DNA from: a virus
Lineage: Duplodnaviria; Heunggongvirae; Uroviricota; Caudoviricetes
Length of the DNA: 7,129 bases
IMG/VR virus record: IMGVR_UViG_2693429700_000008
Direction: 5' to 3' (one strand)
Positions 1 through 5,760 of the stretch are shown here, piece by piece (position 1 is the first letter of the stretch; every line of letters starts with the position of its first letter). The notes under the pieces were generated by a model. That model worked only from the letters and a program-made list of their open reading frames with translations. It did no database searches and was not told the origin of the DNA. The position numbers were made by a program, and so were the translations under genes.

Positions 1-903
1 CCCGCCGTACACGGTGTCGTACTGGGTAGCGTATGTATTTTTCCAGTAATACGTCGTGTCACCACAAACCCACGGCACATCTGCAGCACTGCCACCATGG
101 CACTGCGCGTTAAACACGGAGAGGTCAGCACGAAACTGTGTCAGCATGGCTGTAAACAGCGCAGGTTGCTGTGCGTGGGTGGCGGCGCTCATGTCAAACT
201 CTCCCTGCATCCAGCACACCGCCAGCAACACATTTTTCGGGTTCTTCTGTAATGCAGCTTTGGTGCGCGCAATCAGGTCCTGATATAACGGTTTACCCAC
301 CCCCCAGCGCGCCGAATCCTGGCTGGCCCCCGTGTCCGCACTGAATGTCCCCTCCGCGCCCTGGGTAAATGCCGAACCACCACGACAGCATGGTACCAGC
401 AGGATCCCCGCGTTATTCGGGATATACGGGAGCAGTTTTTTGGCAATATGTAACCCCTGGCCGACACAGCCGTACTGCCCTTTGCTCAGGTCTGCCTTCG
501 GATGATTCAGCGTACTCATATCCTGCACATCATGCAGGCAGTGGTCGGCCGGAATAATATCGTTATATCTGCAGGCAGCCCCACCCGGCGTCACTGTACT
601 GCGGCGCGCCAGCTGTTTAATGCGCGGATCCGGAGCATCGTATGAATCCGGCAGCGGAAGCCCTTCACCGTAAGCCATGGCATTGGACTGCCCGGCCAGT
701 ACGATGACGTAGTACCAATCCGGCTCAGTTGCACCACTGACCACCACATCACCTTCTGCTGTAATCGCCTGCATCAGGGTATAAGGGGTTATGGCCACCG
801 GACTACCAAACGGCTGCCAGCCCTCTTTCAGTTTGTGTGTCAGCTTTTCCGCAAGGTCTGACGGCGACGCCGCCCTGACAACATCATAATGTTTAAATGT
901 CAT
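1..903 (-). CDS. nanS-p: Sialate O-acetylesterase, NanS-p-like (DUF1737-like N-terminus + SASA/SGNH esterase domain); 5' partial gene, continues beyond window start
   Basis: Minus-strand frame is open with no stop from ATG at 903-901 down to position 1 (301 codons); absent from the supplied ORF track, presumably because it has no stop inside the window. GGAGG lies 4 nt upstream of the ATG. Translation starts MTFKHYDVVRAASPSDLAEKLTHKLKEGWQPFGSP and contains VLAGQSNAMAYGEG (GQSN, SGNH block I, codons 71-74) and LAVCWMQGEFD (W-x-QGE block), as expected for prophage SASA-family esterases. Confidence 0.7.
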   Translation of the reverse strand, partial: MTFKHYDVVRAASPSDLAEKLTHKLKEGWQPFGSPVAITPYTLMQAITAEGDVVVSGATEPDWYYVIVLAGQSNAMAYGEGLPLPDSYDAPDPRIKQLARRSTVTPGGAACRYNDIIPADHCLHDVQDMSTLNHPKADLSKGQYGCVGQGLHIAKKLLPYIPNNAGILLVPCCRGGSAFTQGAEGTFSADTGASQDSARWGVGKPLYQDLIARTKAALQKNPKNVLLAVCWMQGEFDMSAATHAQQPALFTAMLTQFRADLSVFNAQCHGGSAADVPWVCGDTTYYWKNTYATQYDTVYGG

Positions 904-946
904 TATTCCTCCCGGCCGGGATAGTGTATTAAATCAGATATGGAGT

Positions 947-991
947 GGGCTGTAGTCCGGAAGCCTGAATGACACACGGGGACTACAGCCC
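947..991. repeat. Perfect 12-bp inverted repeat (GGGCTGTAGTCC / GGACTACAGCCC) with 21-nt spacer, in the 5' leader of the esterase gene
   Basis: Arms at 947-958 and 980-991 are exact reverse complements; no adjacent T-run on either strand, so not a canonical intrinsic terminator. Confidence 0.5.
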
Positions 992-1086
992 AAGAAATGA
1001 AGAAGGCCACGCAGTTGCGCAGCCTGATAAACCCTGGTTAAAATCCACACGATAACAACACAACAATATCAGTATCTCATGCTATT

Positions 1087-1111
1087 GCCCGAACCCATTC
1101 GGGCATTTTTT
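1087..1111 (+). terminator. Intrinsic-terminator-like hairpin, plus-strand orientation
   Basis: GCCCGAA-CCCA-TTCGGGC (7-bp stem, 4-nt loop) followed by TTTTTT on the plus strand. Confidence 0.4.
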
Positions 1112-1117
1112 ACCCAT

Positions 1118-1148
1118 AAAAAATGCCCCTCCGGAGAGGGGCATTTTT
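1118..1148. terminator. Bidirectional rho-independent terminator
   Basis: AAAAAA-TGCCCCTC-CGGA-GAGGGGCA-TTTTT: 8-bp GC-rich stem flanked by an A-run and a T-run, so a hairpin plus U-tract forms on either strand. Sits between the TerB-like/small-ORF block and the esterase gene. Confidence 0.65.
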
Positions 1149-1345
1149 GCATGCACATTCTTTTTCTTGCATGGTGCCGGGTGCCTCCCGGTGAATTCAG
1201 TATCAGCACCTGAATCCGCGATTATCACATATACCTACTTGCTGATTGCCCCTCCGCACAGGGGGATTCACCATGCAGTAGTATTTTTAATAAACAGCAA
1301 ATAAAAAAATCAAGCATTATGCAGGCTGTTTCTTTTTATCACCGG

Positions 1346-1477
1346 CTACAGCAATACCACAATGCCGCAGACCAGCACCCCATCCGCCAGCACCGACATG
1401 ATTCTGCTGGTGAAATCCACCATCACCACCAGAAACAGCAGGAGTGCAGCCACAGCCAGGCGCAGTTTTACCGTCAC
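1346..1477 (-). CDS. Hypothetical small hydrophobic (membrane) peptide, 43 aa
   Basis: GTG start at 1477-1475 overlaps the TGA of the upstream TerB-like frame (GTGA), with GGAG 8 nt upstream. Translation VTVKLRLAVAALLLFLVVMVDFTSRIMSVLADGVLVCGIVVLL, stop TAG at 1348-1346. Not in the ORF track (too short). Confidence 0.25.
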   Translation of the reverse strand: MTVKLRLAVAALLLFLVVMVDFTSRIMSVLADGVLVCGIVVLL

Positions 1478-1935
1478 AGGTGATTCTCCAGACGAAGACC
1501 CAGAACACCGGCAATCTCTTCCAGCACCTTGCGCTCTTCCGGCTCAATTTCGCCGTCTGCCTCCGCAATGGCCACCGCCACATCCAGCACATCTTCCGCT
1601 TCACGCGTATCGTGTTTCACATCCTCGATCTCACGTAACGCCGCACGACGACCAATTTTAAAGTTCGTATCCAGCTGACCGATAATGGTTGCGCTAATCG
1701 CATTAATTTCTGACGTAAACGCGGACAGCGCAGGCTGATTACGCAGTACCTGTTCGATCTTCGCTTTCTAGGAAGCCTCACATTCACCATCTGCACAGGC
1801 CACCAAGTAGGCAGCATTAATAACCGCCTGTGCCAGATCGCGTTTCTCAAACTTTCCTTTTTCCGGTTAACGTGACACACCAATAACTCTTGTCGAAAAA
1901 GCCAGCAAGCTGAAAGACCGGTATTCACAACCACC
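1474..1935 (-). pseudogene. TerB-family (tellurite-resistance TerB-like) gene remnant, disrupted by in-frame stops and a frameshift
   Basis: The frame ending in TGA at 1476-1474 translates to ...KGKFEKRDLAQAVINAAYLVACADGECEAS*KAKIEQVL...EDVLDVAVAIAEADGEIEPEERKVLEEIAGVLGLRLENHL, two ADGE-type repeats typical of TerB-like domains. It has an in-frame TAG at 1770-1768 and TAA at 1869-1867. The FFDK-like N-terminal segment (LAGFFDKSYW) lies in a different frame upstream, and no ATG is present. The N-terminal boundary is approximate. Confidence 0.5.
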
Positions 1936-1965
1936 AGCGCGTTTACTGTACTGCACCAAGTTTAC

Positions 1966-1995
1966 GGGCACAAAAAACCCGCTCAGTGGCGGGTT
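1966..1995 (-). terminator. Rho-independent terminator downstream of the lipoprotein gene
   Basis: Minus strand reads AACCCGC-CACTGA-GCGGGTT followed by TTTTTTGTG: 7-bp stem, 6-nt loop, U-tract. Lies ~78 nt after the lipoprotein stop. Confidence 0.65.
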
Positions 1996-2072
1996 GCTAT
2001 CACAGCTATATATTTACTTATTATGCCGTTACTAACATTTATCTTCGACATATAATCGAAAACAAGGTTTGC

Positions 2073-2498
2073 TTAAAACTCTGCTTTCATTTTATCCGGG
2101 AATTTTTTATTTGCAGCATAATAACTACCAAGTACATAAGCGTTCATTTGCTGCTCTACATCAACCCGACATGCCGCACTAGAACAAGCTCCACTGATAA
2201 GCCCAAAAGAACTCCCTTTAGCAGAGAGATCAGCTTTGATTTCCTCTACAGTGTTTTTCCCCATAGCAACTACACACCCTGTCACAATATATCTAGCTTT
2301 CACATCATCCATGCTAAGGATAGTAGTTTTCGCAATTTTGCTGTATCCATCATTTTTATAAACATCCATGGCAAACGCACGGCAATCTGTATAATACGGA
2401 CTTGCTTTAACTTGCGAATACTCAGGTAATTTCATACCAGCACAACCAACTAAACAAAAACCTATCGCTGCTATTAATACCTTTTTCATTACAGTCAT
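2073..2498 (-). CDS. Putative secreted lipoprotein of unknown function (moron cargo), ~137-141 aa
   Basis: ORF with lipoprotein signal peptide MKKVLIAAIGFCLVGCAG (lipobox LVGC). The real start is probably the second ATG at 2489 (MKKVL) rather than 2498 (MTVMKK). The mature part has four further Cys. The gene and its flanks are markedly AT-rich (roughly one-third GC by eye) compared with the ~50% GC phage genes around it. Not recognised as Bor, Cor, Lom or a known lysozyme inhibitor. Confidence 0.75.
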   Translation of the reverse strand: MTVMKKVLIAAIGFCLVGCAGMKLPEYSQVKASPYYTDCRAFAMDVYKNDGYSKIAKTTILSMDDVKARYIVTGCVVAMGKNTVEEIKADLSAKGSSFGLISGACSSAACRVDVEQQMNAYVLGSYYAANKKFPDKMKAEF

Positions 2499-2586
2499 AA
2501 CCTAGAAGCATCATTGAAACTAATTTATTAAATAACCATCGAGTTTCTGGAATACAGACGTTAACCATCTCTCCAAAATCTAAAAG

Positions 2587-2615
2587 ATAATAAGAAAAAA
2601 TGTTTAACGCACCAA
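2587..2615 (-). promoter_or_regulatory. Candidate sigma70 promoter for the lipoprotein gene
   Basis: Minus strand: -35 TTGGTG (2615-2610), 17-nt spacer, -10 TATTAT (2592-2587), ~90 nt upstream of the lipoprotein start and downstream of the tR'-like hairpin. The region is AT-rich, so chance hexamer matches are possible. Confidence 0.35.
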
Positions 2616-2642
2616 TCCATTTCATAGTTTCATGAGACATCA

Positions 2643-2675
2643 GGCACAAAAAAACCCGCTCAGCGGCAGGTTTTT
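2643..2675. terminator. tR'-like terminator after the late promoter (weak hairpin, A-run/T-run on both sides)
   Basis: CACAAAAAAA-CCCGCTCAGCGG-CAGG-TTTTT. Minus strand gives CCGC-TGA-GCGG followed by TTTTTTT. It is a diverged copy of the hairpin at 1966-1995. Confidence 0.5.
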
Positions 2676-2703
2676 GACATTTACCAACGGTAGACATACA
2701 AGG

Positions 2704-2747
2704 CCCATCGTTGAGAAAATCTTATCCATATTTTTTGAAAAATGCAA
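2704..2747 (-). promoter_or_regulatory. Late promoter pR'-like with lambda-type initial transcribed/pause element (probable Q utilisation site)
   Basis: Minus strand: -35 TTGCAT (2747-2742), 17-nt spacer, -10 TAAGAT (2724-2719), then TTTCT and CAACGATGGG (2713-2704). As I recall it, lambda pR' has the same CAACGATGGG stretch, containing the -10-like AACGAT pause inducer. Lies ~30 bp after the Q stop. Confidence 0.5.
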
Positions 2748-2778
2748 GTATCACGTCGACATCTTCGGCGAAAATTAT

Positions 2779-3531
2779 CTATCTTGTCACTTTTCTCAAT
2801 TGCGATTCAGCATACGCTTCTTCCTGCCAGCACTTTGTAACCAGTTTATTAATAACGTCTGCATATCCTTTGTACCACTGATAATCCGTCAGGTCCGGTA
2901 CCAGTTTCTGGACATGATGCCGCGCCAGTGTGGTTGGTAAACGGCTAAACCGGTTGCCATTGCAACGCCCACAAATCTTATAAACAGGCACACCATGAAG
3001 CCGGGTTCTTTTTTCATCCAGGACAATACCTTTACCCTTACACCCTCTGCACGCTGTGCTGACTTCTCCCTTACCATGGCAATGCTGACATAGTTCCTTC
3101 ACCCACTCTTCCTTGATAACAGATTCCCCGCTTCTGGAGTGTTTCACCACTTCGCGCAATACATTATGAAATCCAGTACCAGCACAATGCTCACAGCGAG
3201 CCTTACTTGCCGCAGACCTGGAATAATCAGCAAAGGCAAAATTCACAAGGTAAGGGATGATCTGTAACCGGATTTCTTCACTCAATTTGTTCAATGTCGG
3301 GTTATCCAGTGCCATCGCGTAATTGAGCAGACCTTCAATCGCAAACTGAGGGTCCTGAACGCCAACTTTTGCCAGGAATAAAGCAAACCCAAGCGGTGCT
3401 TTCGACTGCACCATCCCCTGCGCAGCCATTACATCCGTAATTGTTAAACCACCCGAGCCTGTCGCCGGTGCGTCATCGCTCAGTTTTGGAGATTTCGGGG
3501 AGTAATATTTCGGTAAGGCTTCAAGGTTCAT
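2779..3531 (-). CDS. Q: Late-gene antitermination protein Q (250-aa, QuuQ-like family)
   Basis: 250-aa ORF; ATG at 3531 with GGAG 7 nt upstream; position immediately upstream of the pR'-like promoter. Cys-rich central region with four CxxCxGxG-type repeats. The family call is from memory of E. coli prophage Q proteins. Confidence 0.75.
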   Translation of the reverse strand: MNLEALPKYYSPKSPKLSDDAPATGSGGLTITDVMAAQGMVQSKAPLGFALFLAKVGVQDPQFAIEGLLNYAMALDNPTLNKLSEEIRLQIIPYLVNFAFADYSRSAASKARCEHCAGTGFHNVLREVVKHSRSGESVIKEEWVKELCQHCHGKGEVSTACRGCKGKGIVLDEKRTRLHGVPVYKICGRCNGNRFSRLPTTLARHHVQKLVPDLTDYQWYKGYADVINKLVTKCWQEEAYAESQLRKVTR

Positions 3532-3544
3532 GCTCGTTCTCCAC

Positions 3545-4540
3545 TTACGCCAGTACGCCTATTGCCAGCGCACGATCGATAAAACGAAATATCAGCTCCA
3601 GCTGGGAACCATACTTCTCTTCAAATGCCACAGTATCCGCATGCAGCTCGTCGTGATGCTTTCTGCACAAAGGCAACACAAAGAGGTCATGCGCTTTTGT
3701 ACCCATTCCCCCCTGACCGTGGCCTATCAGGTGGTGGGGATCATCAGCAGGCTTTCCACAACATGCACACGGCTGTGTCTTAACCCAGCGTGTGTACTTT
3801 TCATTAACCCAGCGGCGACGTTTTGGGCGTAACATAAAAGACTCCGGCGACTCCGGATCCACTTTCAGCGCCAGCACCTTTTTCGCCTTATCCTGGATGA
3901 TGCTGGTGGCAGGAACCGAAGGCACAAGGTCACTTTCCCGGGTGACAGACGGCACAACAGGCTTCGGTAATCTCAGTGCCTTACGGGCTGCACTTTCCGG
4001 TAAGGCATCCGCCAGGTCATTACGAATCAGCCACCAGCACAGTTCCGGCATTGTCACAACGTGACTGTCATCAAAACCGAGATCCCGACGCACAACAGAC
4101 AACACCCAGCGGGCACAGTTATCCGTTGCCATTGATTCCAGCCGTTCCGTGAACTGATCACGCAGCTGGTTATCGCAGTGCCAGCACAGACGGATTGCGC
4201 CCGGCGCGTGTCGCATTGTGGTCATGTTCTCTCTGTGCCAATCGGAATGAGGCCACTGGCAGCCTTTTTCACGAAGTAACCAGCTTTCAAGACATTCCAC
4301 GCCACCAGCACGACGGATCACTGCCTCATTGCGGAACACGGCCCGAACGGCAGGATCATCCACCAGCGGTTGTGATGCCGCCGGAACGGCACCACTGGCG
4401 AAAGATGAATAACGTTCCGGCTCAGGCTCCAGCAGGACACGCCCCTGCATAAACAGGGGCATCAGCTCTGAACCTGGCCTGAACAATACGATCCCCATAC
4501 GCGGGGCAATTTCAGGGGTCAGTAGTGCTCTCACGGTCAC
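3545..4540 (-). CDS. DUF968-family (YdfU-like) prophage protein with C-terminal Cys/His (HNH-like) motif
   Basis: 331-codon ORF directly upstream of Q. C-terminal CACCGKPADDPHHLIGHGQGG...LCRKHHDELHAD. Start is uncertain: GTG at 4540 is 1 nt after the KilA-N stop, and GTG at 4534 has GAGG 5 nt upstream. Confidence 0.65.
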   Translation of the reverse strand: MTVRALLTPEIAPRMGIVLFRPGSELMPLFMQGRVLLEPEPERYSSFASGAVPAASQPLVDDPAVRAVFRNEAVIRRAGGVECLESWLLREKGCQWPHSDWHRENMTTMRHAPGAIRLCWHCDNQLRDQFTERLESMATDNCARWVLSVVRRDLGFDDSHVVTMPELCWWLIRNDLADALPESAARKALRLPKPVVPSVTRESDLVPSVPATSIIQDKAKKVLALKVDPESPESFMLRPKRRRWVNEKYTRWVKTQPCACCGKPADDPHHLIGHGQGGMGTKAHDLFVLPLCRKHHDELHADTVAFEEKYGSQLELIFRFIDRALAIGVLA

Positions 4541-4541
4541 C

Positions 4542-5351
4542 TCAATGAACGGTATCGAGCAGCTTTAACAGCTCAGGGAATCGGGATTCGAAGAAATGCG
4601 GCTGCGTCTCGCGCGGATTTGCGGGACTGGTGATGTTCTTGCCGAACATGCAGCCTTTCGCCGTCAGCGACCAGAATTTTTTGATGTTGTTAATCGCAGT
4701 GCGGCTGTATCGTTCACGTTGTTCAACGATCCCCAGCTTTGCCATCTGGTGATATGCCTGATTAGCCGTCAGGCGGATACCATACTGTTTCAGCAGTGCA
4801 CTCAGTGACAGTGTCGGGCGACTTGAGCCATCGTGTGCATCAGCAGGAGCATCAATGGCATAGCGCGGTGCCAGATTCGGTAAGCCAACAGCCTCCTGGA
4901 GTTTCTGACAGGCACCAAGCACAGATGAGTTAGACAGGTTTAATTCCCGACGCATAAAGTCCAGCAGAATCACACCAGCCTGCATCTTGTCAGCAGCCTG
5001 TCCGGATAATTTTTCCGGTGTGCTGGTTACCATGTCGAAAGTACGGATCACCTTCAGATGGAATGACGGGCTGATCCACATTGCATAGGCATACACCAGT
5101 TCCTTGCAGACATACGTTCCCCGTTCATTTCCCCCATGAATCACACTCACCGGGTCAACACCCAAATTCTGGGTGTTGGTCAATTCATGAACAAGTTCAA
5201 CAGTTTGTTGGCTGGAAAGAAACTTTCCTGGCTCCTTGGTTCTGGCATTTGCACCAGATGCTACTGCTGCGTGATGTAGATCGTTCAGGCTGTAACGCCC
5301 ATAAACATCACGACGAACTTCAATACCATCAATGACCATCAGATTATTCAT
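4542..5351 (-). CDS. KilA-N domain protein (Roi/antirepressor-like)
   Basis: ATG at 5351 with AGGAG 9 nt upstream (MNNLMVIDGIEVRRDVYGRYSLNDLHHAAVASG...). The ORF-track start at 5384 would overlap rusA and lacks an RBS. N-terminal ~110 aa fit the KilA-N pattern (YSLNDL, ERGTYVCKELVYAYAMWISPSFHLKVI). Confidence 0.8.
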   Translation of the reverse strand: MNNLMVIDGIEVRRDVYGRYSLNDLHHAAVASGANARTKEPGKFLSSQQTVELVHELTNTQNLGVDPVSVIHGGNERGTYVCKELVYAYAMWISPSFHLKVIRTFDMVTSTPEKLSGQAADKMQAGVILLDFMRRELNLSNSSVLGACQKLQEAVGLPNLAPRYAIDAPADAHDGSSRPTLSLSALLKQYGIRLTANQAYHQMAKLGIVEQRERYSRTAINNIKKFWSLTAKGCMFGKNITSPANPRETQPHFFESRFPELLKLLDTVH

Positions 5352-5370
5352 ACTTCGTTTCTCCTCTTGA

Positions 5371-5760
5371 TCAGGCGGCTGCACCCGCCGTTTTCTCGTA
5401 CTTACTGATAGTGATCTCGACCTTCCCTTTCGGGATAACCGGTCCCCACTCCACCAGCATTCTTTTCACCTGACTGTCGTCTTCCCACACACCCGCGTGG
5501 GTCAGGGCGTCAAACAGCGCCTTGTTATAGTTGTCCAGATCGCGGATCCTGTTATCCGGAGGAAACAACACGATCTCCACTGAAGCAGGTGCCGACGTTG
5601 GTTTCGGCAGACGACGTAACTGCTCAATGATGGCGGCACACGCCGCGCTCTGAAATTTTCGCCCCGCCTCGCTTATCAGGCTCTTACCAGCAAATGCCCC
5701 TTTGTTGGGGTGTCGCCAGTACGTGTTCACGCTGGGCGGAAAAGGCAGTATTAGCTTCAT
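5371..5760 (-). CDS. rusA: RusA-family Holliday junction resolvase
   Basis: 129-aa ORF: ILPFPPSVNTYWRH...RIRDLDNYNKALFDALTHAGVWEDDSQV matches the RusA pattern (LPWPPSNNRYYRH...[28 protein letters not shown]). Its ATG overlaps the methyltransferase stop (ATGA). Confidence 0.9.
   Translation of the reverse strand: MKLILPFPPSVNTYWRHPNKGAFAGKSLISEAGRKFQSAACAAIIEQLRRLPKPTSAPASVEIVLFPPDNRIRDLDNYNKALFDALTHAGVWEDDSQVKRMLVEWGPVIPKGKVEITISKYEKTAGAAA

Noticed and set aside
1317-1934. ORF-track entries 1617-1934(-), 1317-1604(-), 1362-1661(+), 1444-1638(+)
   Set aside because: They are in the wrong frames over the TerB-like remnant; translations are Arg/Trp/Cys-rich nonsense, whereas the TerB-like frame (not in the track because it lacks a start and has stops) gives a recognisable domain.
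1986-2429. Plus-strand 147-aa ORF antisense to the lipoprotein gene
   Set aside because: Translation is low-complexity, AT-driven (rich in I/F/Y/N), has no RBS and fully overlaps the much better lipoprotein ORF on the other strand.
2422-2697. 91-aa minus-strand ORF spanning the lipoprotein start and the tR'-like hairpin
   Set aside because: It runs through the terminator and promoter region in a different frame from the lipoprotein and has no RBS; likely spurious.
1996-2778. Possible tRNA genes or stx-like toxin genes downstream of Q, as in Stx phages
   Set aside because: No T-loop (GGTTCGAATCC-like) or cloverleaf-compatible segment seen, and the only ORF is the small lipoprotein, which does not resemble an AB5 toxin subunit.
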